Of a stretch of 37,673 bases of DNA, positions 1 through 7,301 are shown piece by piece. Below the pieces are notes generated by a model. That model made no database searches. It was given only the letters and a program-made list of their open reading frames with translations, and was not told the origin of the DNA. How positions within the stretch are numbered: the stretch's first letter is position 1; the number at the start of each line of letters is the position of its first letter. The position numbers were made by a program, and so were the translations under genes. This DNA comes from Flavobacterium sp. (GTDB taxonomy: Bacteria; Bacteroidota; Bacteroidia; Flavobacteriales; Flavobacteriaceae): the NCBI GenBank assembly GCA_032121715.1, contig JAUMDQ010000213.1, positions 1 through 37,673 on the forward strand, given 5' to 3'.

Positions 1-117
1 GGTTTATCGTATGTGAAAAAGATTTGCGATTTACATCATTGGAAAATTGCCATCGCTAATAATTCAGATAAAGGGATAACAGTAACTATTCAAATTAATC
101 CAAAAGATTATGCCTAA
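1..117 (+). CDS. Sensor histidine kinase, C-terminal fragment (truncated by window edge)
   Basis: Frame 1 reads GLSYVKKICDLHHWKIAIANNSDKGITVTIQINPKDYA*, resembling the end of an HATPase_c domain after the G2 box. The stop overlaps the start of a response regulator. Confidence 0.75.
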   Translation, partial: GLSYVKKICDLHHWKIAIANNSDKGITVTIQINPKDYA

Positions 118-793
118 AAAGAAGGTTTTATATGTTGAAGACGAAGAAACTCTTGCGTTTTTAACTTCCGATAATTTAGAACAACATTTTGATGTGGTGC
201 ATTGCGCCAATGGAAAAACAGGTTTAGACACGTTTTGTAAAAACCAATTTGACATTGTAGTGACTGATATTATGATGCCAGAAATGGACGGATTTGAATT
301 GGCAACCGAAATTAGAAAGCGCAATCAAGAAATTCCAATTATCTTTTTATCGGCGAAAACGATGAAAGAAGATCGAATTAAAGGGTTGAAATTAGGCGCT
401 GATGATTATTTAGTAAAACCGTATTCTATTGAAGAACTGATTTTGAAAATTGAAGTTTTCTTACACCGAAGTCAAAAAAATACGGAAAAAACTGTTAAAT
501 TATATCAATTTGCTGATTTCATTTTCGAACCAGAAAATTATTTAATCAAAAACGAAACCACAAAAACCACACTTACGGAACGTGAAGCCCAATTATTAAA
601 ACTGTTTTTAGACAATCCTAATACGGTTTTAAAACGCGAAAAAATACTTATGGAACTTTGGGGTTCCGACGATTATTTTTTAGGAAGAAGCTTAGATGTT
701 TTCATTTCTCGTTTACGAAAAATCATTAAAGAAACGCCGAGTTTATCTATTGAGAATATTCCTCGAGTTGGATTTAAATGGGTAAGTGAGTAA
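110..793 (+). CDS. OmpR/PhoB-family DNA-binding response regulator
   Basis: Receiver motifs YVEDE, DIMMPEMDG, GADDYLVKP; winged-helix motifs LTERE and RSLDVFISRLRK. Confidence 0.95.
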   Translation: MPKKKVLYVEDEETLAFLTSDNLEQHFDVVHCANGKTGLDTFCKNQFDIVVTDIMMPEMDGFELATEIRKRNQEIPIIFLSAKTMKEDRIKGLKLGADDYLVKPYSIEELILKIEVFLHRSQKNTEKTVKLYQFADFIFEPENYLIKNETTKTTLTEREAQLLKLFLDNPNTVLKREKILMELWGSDDYFLGRSLDVFISRLRKIIKETPSLSIENIPRVGFKWVSE

Positions 794-802
794 ATTTATA
801 AA

Positions 803-1303
803 CTACTGAGCCGCACCCAAATTTATTCTATTTAAATTATTCAAGCTATCAGCCTTTTTTTGATCTTTTAAAACAACCCAACCATTTGCATATAATTTAG
901 ACAAATTGCTAATACAGTTATAATCATTTAATTTAGAACCTTTCATTAAATAGTATAAAGCAAATTCTTTATCTGCTTTATTTAATTTTAATATCAAATT
1001 ATTCTGAAATTCTCCTTTATCATTTTTAACTTTATAGTTATTATTTATTTTAATAATACTTTCATATAAATGCCTACATGCATAACCATTATTGTATTTA
1101 CTTGCCATTAAATATGTTAATGGAAATAATTCAGCGCTTTCATAATTATCCGAATAACTCAAAATCAAATCTTGATAACATTCTTCATCACCATTTTCGT
1201 AAACATTTTGTTTACATGAAATTATTTCACTTTCAGTCAACTCATGATAATCAACTTGACAAGAGCATAACAAAACAATTAATAATAATAAATATTTTTT
1301 CAT
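803..1303 (-). CDS. Hypothetical lipoprotein with possible Sel1-like repeat
   Basis: Lipoprotein-type signal MKKYLLLLIVLLCSC; C-terminal LSKLYANGWVVLKDQKKA resembles a Sel1 repeat; 8 nt downstream of cvpA. Confidence 0.65.
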   Translation of the reverse strand: MKKYLLLLIVLLCSCQVDYHELTESEIISCKQNVYENGDEECYQDLILSYSDNYESAELFPLTYLMASKYNNGYACRHLYESIIKINNNYKVKNDKGEFQNNLILKLNKADKEFALYYLMKGSKLNDYNCISNLSKLYANGWVVLKDQKKADSLNNLNRINLGAAQ

Positions 1304-1311
1304 AACATTAA

Positions 1312-1866
1312 TTAATTAACACTCGTAGAATCCGAAACCGCTTCTTCTTCCGGTTTTTCTTTCGCTTTCTCTTTAAATTCTTCGTACCATTTTTCTAAAC
1401 TCGGATACATAAACTTAGAAACTTCTTGTATTGGATTATAAAAAATGGAATTATTCAACGTTTCTTCTTTCACCAACATATTATTAATATTGATTTTCTG
1501 AAACAAACTGATCACCACACTCAACATTAAAATAGTTTTCAAGATACTAAAAACCGCGCCGCCTAATTTATTCAGCCAACCTAAAGAAGCAAAACTGAAA
1601 ACACTCGTAAAAAACTTGGCAAGCAAATAAATTCCCACAACGACTAACAAAAAAGTAATTGCAAAGGCAATAATTTCAATATATTTTGGATTGATTTTTA
1701 TAAAATCTTCTAACGCCAATCGAACTAAGTGCGAAAATTTTATCGCCACAAAAATTCCAATTATCAACGAACCAAAAGAAGCAATTTCTACAAAAAGACC
1801 GTTTTTTAAACCTGTATATAAGGCATAACCTAACAAGGCGGTAAAAACAATATCTAAAAATTCCAT
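1312..1866 (-). CDS. cvpA: CvpA (colicin V production) family membrane protein
   Basis: N-terminal LDIV...GLKNGLFVEI, four hydrophobic segments, LNKLGGAVF motif. Confidence 0.88.
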   Translation of the reverse strand: MEFLDIVFTALLGYALYTGLKNGLFVEIASFGSLIIGIFVAIKFSHLVRLALEDFIKINPKYIEIIAFAITFLLVVVGIYLLAKFFTSVFSFASLGWLNKLGGAVFSILKTILMLSVVISLFQKININNMLVKEETLNNSIFYNPIQEVSKFMYPSLEKWYEEFKEKAKEKPEEEAVSDSTSVN

Positions 1867-1889
1867 AAATTATATTTATTTTCTAAAAA

Positions 1890-1897
1890 CAAAACTA
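1890..1897 (-). promoter_or_regulatory. Bacteroidota sigma-A -7 element (TAGTTTTG) for cvpA
   Basis: Matches TAnnTTTG 23 nt upstream of the cvpA ATG. Confidence 0.5.
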
Positions 1898-1918
1898 CAA
1901 AATGCAAACCTCAAATAC

Positions 1919-1926
1919 TATCTTTG
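1919..1926 (+). promoter_or_regulatory. -7 element (TATCTTTG) for the hypothetical gene at 1944
   Basis: Matches TAnnTTTG; its position favours ATG 1944 over 1902 as the start. Confidence 0.6.
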
Positions 1927-1943
1927 CCAAAAACAAAACAGAA

Positions 1944-2300
1944 ATGTCTAGAGATATACAATTAAAAGAACGTTGGGATAAAGTCGTGACATTTTTATCT
2001 GAGAAATTTGCCGATGGTGATGAATTGGATTTAGATGCGATTATTTATTTAATTGGTGTTCAGGAATTAGGCAAAATAAATACCGAGTTTAAAAAAGACG
2101 AAAAAGTAAACCTAATGCACATTGCCATTTGTAAACTTTTGGAACCATACGGATATTATGAATTTGAATTTTTCGACAAAGATGGTTGGCCGCATTATAA
2201 AGTAGTGAAAGAATTACCAACACTAAAAGCAGGTGAGCAATCGGTTTTAATGAAAGAAGCGATTGTGAATTATTTTTTAGAAAAAGAAATTATTCACTAA
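1944..2300 (+). CDS. Conserved hypothetical protein
   Basis: ORF with IIYLIGVQELG, KVNLMHIAIC and DGWPHY segments of a kind I recall from Bacteroidota hypotheticals; start set at MSRDIQ, downstream of the promoter motif. Confidence 0.8.
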   Translation: MSRDIQLKERWDKVVTFLSEKFADGDELDLDAIIYLIGVQELGKINTEFKKDEKVNLMHIAICKLLEPYGYYEFEFFDKDGWPHYKVVKELPTLKAGEQSVLMKEAIVNYFLEKEIIH

Positions 2301-2315
2301 TCACTAAAAAATACA

Positions 2316-2323
2316 TAAATTTG
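2316..2323 (+). promoter_or_regulatory. -7 element (TAAATTTG) for pheS
   Basis: TAnnTTTG followed by CA, 20 nt before the pheS ATG. Confidence 0.6.
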
Positions 2324-2343
2324 CAGATTATTACCCATTTACG

Positions 2344-3363
2344 ATGATAAACAAGATTAAAGAACATATTAAAGAAGCTCAAGCTTTTACAACTGAAGAC
2401 AAAACGACTTTAGAAGAATTTCGTATTAAATACTTAGGAAGTAAAGGTTTATTGAAAGATTTCTTTGCCGAATTTAAAAACGTACCTAACGAACAAAAGA
2501 AAGAATTTGGTCAGGTGGTGAACGAATTGAAAAATACGGCGGAAGAAAAAGTAAAAAGCATTCAAGAAGTATTAGAATCTAAAACAGAGTCTATTAACTT
2601 GTTTGGTGATTTATCTCGTCCGGGAAATCCAATTAATATTGGTTCTCGTCATCCTATTTCTTTAGTGAAAAATCAAATTTTAGATGTGTTTTCTACGATT
2701 GGTTTCAATGTGTCTGAAGGTCCAGAAATTGAAGACGATTGGCATAACTTTACGGCTTTGAACTTACCAGAATATCACCCAGCGCGTGATATGCAGGATA
2801 CGTTTTTCATTCAAACCAATCCAGATGTTTTATTAAGAACTCATACTTCGTCTGTTCAAGTAAGATATATGGAAAACAACAAACCGCCTATTAGAACGAT
2901 TTCTCCAGGTAGAGTTTTCCGTAATGAAGCGATTTCGTCTCGTTCACACTGTATTTTCCACCAAGTAGAAGGTTTATATATTGATAAAAATGTGTCGTTT
3001 GCCGATTTAAAACAAACATTATTATATTTCACGAAAGAAATGTTCGGAAAATCTAAAATCAGATTGCGTCCGTCTTATTTCCCATTTACAGAACCAAGTG
3101 CAGAAGTAGATATTTATTGGGGATTAAAAACAGAAACCGACTACCGAATTACAAAAGGAACAGGTTGGTTAGAAATTATGGGTTGTGGAATGGTAGATCC
3201 AAATGTTTTGAAAAACTGTGGAATTGATCCAAACGAATATACAGGTTACGCTTTTGGTATGGGAATTGAAAGAATTGCGATGTTATTGTACCAAATTGGC
3301 GACATTAGAATGTTTTATGAAAACGATGTACGTTTCTTAGAACAATTTAAATCTAGTTTATAA
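2344..3363 (+). CDS. pheS: Phenylalanine--tRNA ligase alpha subunit
   Basis: HPARDMQDTF, LLRTHTS, FHQVEGL, YFPFTEPS, GMGIERIAM motifs. Confidence 0.99.
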   Translation: MINKIKEHIKEAQAFTTEDKTTLEEFRIKYLGSKGLLKDFFAEFKNVPNEQKKEFGQVVNELKNTAEEKVKSIQEVLESKTESINLFGDLSRPGNPINIGSRHPISLVKNQILDVFSTIGFNVSEGPEIEDDWHNFTALNLPEYHPARDMQDTFFIQTNPDVLLRTHTSSVQVRYMENNKPPIRTISPGRVFRNEAISSRSHCIFHQVEGLYIDKNVSFADLKQTLLYFTKEMFGKSKIRLRPSYFPFTEPSAEVDIYWGLKTETDYRITKGTGWLEIMGCGMVDPNVLKNCGIDPNEYTGYAFGMGIERIAMLLYQIGDIRMFYENDVRFLEQFKSSL

Positions 3364-3364
3364 T

Positions 3365-3395
3365 AAAAAAGCTCAGCAAATGCTGAGCTTTTTTT
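3365..3395. terminator. Bidirectional intrinsic terminator between pheS and tRNA-Leu
   Basis: A-tract, GCTCAGC-aaat-GCTGAGC hairpin, T-tract between convergent genes. Confidence 0.85.
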
Positions 3396-3401
3396 GTTTT
3401 G

Positions 3402-3481
3402 TACCCGGAGCGGGAATCGAACCCGCACTCCAAGGAACACGAGTTTGAGTCGTGCGCGTCTACCAATTCCGCCATCCGGGC
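3402..3481 (-). tRNA. tRNA-Leu(CAA)
   Basis: Reverse complement GCCCGGATGGCGGAATTGGTAGACGCGCACGACTCAAACTCGTGTTCCTTGGAGTGCGGGTTCGATTCCCGCTCCGGGTA folds as a cloverleaf with anticodon CAA; CCA not encoded. Confidence 0.95.
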
Positions 3482-3541
3482 CTTGAAAAGTTATACAAAG
3501 CTAAAAGATTATTTTTAACTTCATTACTTTTTTAGAGTGTG

Positions 3542-3549
3542 CAAATATA
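3542..3549 (-). promoter_or_regulatory. -7 element (TATATTTG) for tRNA-Leu
   Basis: TATATTTGCAC upstream of the tRNA on the minus strand. Confidence 0.65.
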
Positions 3550-3614
3550 AGTAAAGTTTCTAATTTCAACCGAAAAATACTTAAAAATTTACTTTCAGAG
3601 TTCAATTTTATTTC

Positions 3615-3622
3615 TACCTTTG
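3615..3622 (+). promoter_or_regulatory. -7 element (TACCTTTG) for prs-rplY
   Basis: TACCTTTGCAC about 50 nt upstream of prs. Confidence 0.65.
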
Positions 3623-3673
3623 CACCCGATTACGCATGCGCACAACTAACTAACTACATAACAACAAATTAAA

Positions 3674-4615
3674 ATGTCATACAACGAGCCTGAAGCAAAA
3701 ATATTTGCCTGTTCTCAAAGTGTGTATCTAGCGGAAGAAATTGCCAGTAAATATGGTGTGCCGCTAGGTAAAGTAACATTCTCTAAATACAGTGATGGCG
3801 AATTTCAGCCTTCATTTGAAGAATCTATCAGAGGTCTTCGCGTATTTTTAGTCTGTTCCACTTTCCCAAGCGCAGATAATTTAATGGAATTGTTACTAAT
3901 GATTGATGCCGCGAAAAGAGCATCAGCCAGACACATAACAGCGGTCATCCCTTATTTTGGATGGGCAAGACAAGACAGAAAAGACAAACCAAGAGTACCG
4001 ATTGGTGCCAAATTGGTGGCTAAATTATTAGAAACAGCAGGAGCTACCCGAATTATGACCATGGATTTACATGCGGATCAAATTCAGGGATTCTTTGAAA
4101 AACCGGTAGATCACTTGTTTGCTTCCACAATCTTTTTACCATACGTAAGAAGTTTAGGTTTGGAAAACTTGACTATTGCATCACCTGATATGGGTGGTTC
4201 TAAAAGAGCTTATGCCTATTCTAAATTTTTAGAATCAGATGTAGTAATTTGCTACAAACAAAGAAAAATCGCCAATGTAATTGATACAATGGAATTGATT
4301 GGAGAAGTTAAAGGTCGTCATGTAATTTTAGTCGATGACATGATTGATACTGGAGGTACATTAGCAAAAGCCGCTGATGTAATGATTGAAAAAGGCGCTT
4401 TGAGTGTGAGAGCGATTTGTACACATGCCATTTTATCTGGTGATGCTTACGAAAAAATTGAAAACTCAAAATTAGAAGAATTAATTGTTACAGATTCTAT
4501 TCCGTTAAAGAAAGAATCTAAGAAAATAAAAGTTGTGAGCTGCGCGCCATTATTTGCAGAAGTAATGCACATGGTTCAGAATAATACTTCCATTAGTGGG
4601 AAGTTTTTAATGTAA
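3674..4615 (+). CDS. prs: Ribose-phosphate pyrophosphokinase
   Basis: YSDGE, YFGWARQDRK, DLHADQIQGFF, VDDMIDTGGT motifs. Confidence 0.99.
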   Translation: MSYNEPEAKIFACSQSVYLAEEIASKYGVPLGKVTFSKYSDGEFQPSFEESIRGLRVFLVCSTFPSADNLMELLLMIDAAKRASARHITAVIPYFGWARQDRKDKPRVPIGAKLVAKLLETAGATRIMTMDLHADQIQGFFEKPVDHLFASTIFLPYVRSLGLENLTIASPDMGGSKRAYAYSKFLESDVVICYKQRKIANVIDTMELIGEVKGRHVILVDDMIDTGGTLAKAADVMIEKGALSVRAICTHAILSGDAYEKIENSKLEELIVTDSIPLKKESKKIKVVSCAPLFAEVMHMVQNNTSISGKFLM

Positions 4616-4690
4616 AGTTAGTCGGTTTGAAGATGTTCATTCCTTTAAACTACTAACCTATTTATTTTTATTAATTTTAATTTATTTCAA

Positions 4691-5296
4691 ATGAAATCAA
4701 TTACGATCAAAGGATCAGAAAGAGAAAGCGTGGGTAAAGTAGCTACTAAAGCCTTACGTAATGCTGGAATGGTACCATGCGTTATTTACGGAGGGGAAAA
4801 TCCAGTACATTTTAGTGCTGAAGAAAGAGCATTTAAAGGTTTAGTTTACACTCCAGAAGCGCACACTGTAGTAATTGAATTAGAAGGTGGAAAGAAATTT
4901 GACGGTATCTTACAAGATATCCAATTTCACCCAGTTTCTGACAAAATTTTACACGTAGATTTCTATCAATTAGAAGCTACAAAAGAAATTACAATGGAAG
5001 TACCTGTTAAAGTTACTGGAACATCTCCAGGAGTTTTATTAGGAGGGGTTTTACGTTTAAACCAACGTAAATTAAAAGTGAGAGCTTTACCTGCTAACTT
5101 ACCAGATTCTATCGAAGCAAACATTTCTGAATTAGAAATGGGTAACAAATTATATGTTACTAAATTAGCTGCTGAGAATTACAAAATTTTACACCCAGAC
5201 AACACTGTTGTTTGTCAAGTAAGAATTTCTCGTGCTGCTATGAAAGCTGCTCAAGAAGCTGCAAAAGCAGAAAAAGGAGCAAAAAAGAAAAAATAA
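4691..5296 (+). CDS. rplY: 50S ribosomal protein L25/general stress protein Ctc
   Basis: VPCVIYGG and [15 protein letters not shown] motifs; long Ctc-type form; follows prs. Confidence 0.97.
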   Translation: MKSITIKGSERESVGKVATKALRNAGMVPCVIYGGENPVHFSAEERAFKGLVYTPEAHTVVIELEGGKKFDGILQDIQFHPVSDKILHVDFYQLEATKEITMEVPVKVTGTSPGVLLGGVLRLNQRKLKVRALPANLPDSIEANISELEMGNKLYVTKLAAENYKILHPDNTVVCQVRISRAAMKAAQEAAKAEKGAKKKK

Positions 5297-5315
5297 TTCA
5301 ATTTTCTTCCATACC

Positions 5316-5348
5316 AAAAATCCCGAGCAATGCTCGGGATTTTTTTTT
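5316..5348 (+). terminator. Intrinsic terminator after rplY
   Basis: AAAAATCCCGAGC-aat-GCTCGGGATTTTTTTT hairpin. Confidence 0.88.
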
Positions 5349-5509
5349 ATATCAATTTAAGGAATGTAATTCCAAAACAAGTACTTTAATCTTTCTCTAT
5401 TTGATAAAATTTCTTTAAGATTTAAATGAAGTCTTTATTAAACACATCTCCGCTTAAATCAAGTTATTTGGACTTTAAACCGATCAATATTTTATTTTAG
5501 AATGTAGTA

Positions 5510-5633
5510 TAAACAAAAAAAGCCCAACATTGCTGTTAAACTTTTTGTCCATACTAATAAATAACATAATGAAATTGAATCCATCCAGAATATTTTAAAC
5601 GAAAAAAGTCCAACATTACTGTTGAACTTTTTG
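5510..5633. repeat. Imperfect 38-bp direct repeat (5510-5547 and 5596-5633) of the tRNA-Asn 3' trailer/terminator
   Basis: taaacaaaaaaagcccaacattgctgttaaactttttg versus taaacgaaaaaagtccaacattactgttgaactttttg, 34 of 38 identical. Confidence 0.8.
5602..5632 (-). terminator. Intrinsic terminator after the tRNA-Asn pair
   Basis: Minus strand AAAAAGTTCAACAGTAATGTTGGACTTTTTT forms a hairpin (one G-U pair) with a U-tract. Confidence 0.7.
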
Positions 5634-5707
5634 CTCCCTCTCTTGGGCTCGAACCAAGGACCCTCTGATTAACAGTCAGATGCTCTAACCAACTGAGCTA
5701 AGAAGGA
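5634..5707 (-). tRNA. tRNA-Asn(GTT), downstream copy
   Basis: Reverse complement TCCTTCTTAGCTCAGTTGGTTAGAGCATCTGACTGTTAATCAGAGGGTCCTTGGTTCGAGCCCAAGAGAGGGAG; anticodon GTT. Confidence 0.97.
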
Positions 5708-5748
5708 ATAACCGTATAGGTTAAGTATGTTTTTCGCTAAAAGATTTG

Positions 5749-5822
5749 CTCCCTCTCTTGGGCTCGAACCAAGGACCCTCTGATTAACAGTCAGATGCTC
5801 TAACCAACTGAGCTAAGAAGGA
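5749..5822 (-). tRNA. tRNA-Asn(GTT), upstream copy
   Basis: Identical 74-nt copy of 5634-5707. Confidence 0.97.
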
Positions 5823-5847
5823 AGTTGCTTGTTTCTTTTAGCGAGTG

Positions 5848-5877
5848 CAAATATAATTGAATTTTTATTTCAGCAAA
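5848..5877 (-). promoter_or_regulatory. Promoter of the tRNA-Asn pair
   Basis: TTTG at 5877-5874 and TATATTTG at 5855-5848, separated by 18 nt. Confidence 0.7.
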
Positions 5878-5899
5878 AATATTTTAGCACTTTTTTATT

Positions 5900-7228
5900 T
5901 TAATTTGCTAATTTATCTAAAATCAGTTGGTAAATGTCTTTCCCAAAGGTTAATACCATTAATGAAAGTAAGAAAATCATACCTCCTGTTTGCACGTAAC
6001 CTGCTGCTTTATCTGATAATTTCTTACCTGTAACCATTTCTACAATCGTAAATAAGGCGTGTCCACCGTCTAAACCTGGAATAGGTAATAAGTTCATAAA
6101 CGCTAAACCGATAGAAAATAAGGCTGTGAAATTCCAAATAAATTCCCAATCCCAAGTATCTGGCAATTGACGCGCAATACCAATAGGGCTTTTCACTTGT
6201 TTATAAGCACCTGTAGCAGGTTTTAAGATTAACTTGAACTGTTTAACATTATAAACTAACAATTGATAAGATTCCTTTACTGCTGCCGAAACCGCTTCTC
6301 CAAAAGAAAGCTTGTTTGTGATTAGAAAATCATTTTTATCTTGTGTTGCAGCAATAAAACCTAATTTCCCTTCTTTATTAACTTTCGCTTTTAATTCTAT
6401 TAATTGCTTATTTCTTTCTACAACAACTTTAATCGAATCGTTCTTTAAAGTTTTTAAATCATCTGAAAAAACATCTAAAAAGGTAAATTCTTTTCCGTTT
6501 ACTGATTTAATTAAATCACCTTTCTTAAAATTCGCTTTTTCTGCTTCTGATTTTGGTTCTAAGGAATCAATAAGAATAGTTGAAATTCTTGGTTTTATAA
6601 AGTTTTTACCTTCGCTTCCTAAAATTTCACCTTTTTGTTCGTCTGTTAAGTTTAGCTTAACTTCATTACCTTTTCTATCAACAATAACTTCATCGCTCAA
6701 CAAAACGTCAATTATTGCCCAATTGTATTTTGGTTGTAATTTTCCGTCAATAGAAACAATTTTATCCCCATTTTTGAAACCAACACTATGTCCAACTTCG
6801 CCAAAAGCCAATCCATTTTTCTGAAATTTTTCCATAGAAATGTATTTTTGACCAACTGTTGAAAACATCACCGCATAAATAAACCAAGCTAATAATATAT
6901 TTACGATAATTCCACCCAACATTACAATTAAACGTTGCCAAGCTGGTTTAGAACGAAATTCCCAAGGTTGTGGTTCTTGTTTCATTTGATCTTCATCCAT
7001 ACTTTCGTCTATCATACCAGAAATTTTCACATAACCTCCTAATGGCAACCATCCGATACCCCATTCTGTTTCGCCAATTTTCTTTTTGATTAAAGAAAAA
7101 CCAACATCCATAAACAAGTAGAATTTCTCTACTCGCATTTTAAACATTTTAGCCGTTATGTAGTGTCCGAATTCATGAAGAATTACTAAAACTGATAATA
7201 TAAAAAGTATTTGTGCAACTTGAATCAT
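5900..7228 (-). CDS. rseP: RIP metalloprotease RseP
   Basis: HEFGH zinc motif, PLGGYVKI, PDZ-like regions, NLLPIPGLDGG. Confidence 0.97.
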   Translation of the reverse strand: MIQVAQILFILSVLVILHEFGHYITAKMFKMRVEKFYLFMDVGFSLIKKKIGETEWGIGWLPLGGYVKISGMIDESMDEDQMKQEPQPWEFRSKPAWQRLIVMLGGIIVNILLAWFIYAVMFSTVGQKYISMEKFQKNGLAFGEVGHSVGFKNGDKIVSIDGKLQPKYNWAIIDVLLSDEVIVDRKGNEVKLNLTDEQKGEILGSEGKNFIKPRISTILIDSLEPKSEAEKANFKKGDLIKSVNGKEFTFLDVFSDDLKTLKNDSIKVVVERNKQLIELKAKVNKEGKLGFIAATQDKNDFLITNKLSFGEAVSAAVKESYQLLVYNVKQFKLILKPATGAYKQVKSPIGIARQLPDTWDWEFIWNFTALFSIGLAFMNLLPIPGLDGGHALFTIVEMVTGKKLSDKAAGYVQTGGMIFLLSLMVLTFGKDIYQLILDKLAN

Positions 7229-7253
7229 TGTGTTTTGATTTGTATTTAAAAAG

Positions 7254-7261
7254 CAAAAGTA
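7254..7261 (-). promoter_or_regulatory. -7 element (TACTTTTG) for rseP
   Basis: TAnnTTTG 25 nt upstream of the rseP ATG; overlaps the upstream terminator. Confidence 0.55.
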
Positions 7262-7281
7262 AGGTTTTCACCTTACTTTTT
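7255..7281 (-). terminator. Terminator after the M1 aminopeptidase gene
   Basis: Minus strand AAAAGTAAGGT-GAAA-ACCTTACTTTT, perfect stem with a GNRA loop. Confidence 0.7.
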
Positions 7282-7301
7282 AATATTATTTTGTGGTTAC
7301 C

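Noticed and set aside
1902-1943. Longer starts in the ORF track here and at 9284, 11383, 11438, 18862 and 25724
   Set aside because: The extensions overlap promoter motifs or repeats, or precede a clear signal peptide or typical N-terminus.
2344-5296. pheS without pheT and rplY without an adjacent pth
   Set aside because: pheS and pheT are commonly unlinked in Bacteroidota, and absence from this window says nothing about gene loss.
5212-5418. 68-aa ORF overlapping the end of rplY
   Set aside because: Non-ATG start, crosses a strong terminator, no protein-like features.
5634-5822. Exact 74-bp direct repeat considered as a CRISPR array or prophage att pair
   Set aside because: Both copies are complete tRNA-Asn genes with a 41-nt spacer, and there is no cas or integrase gene.
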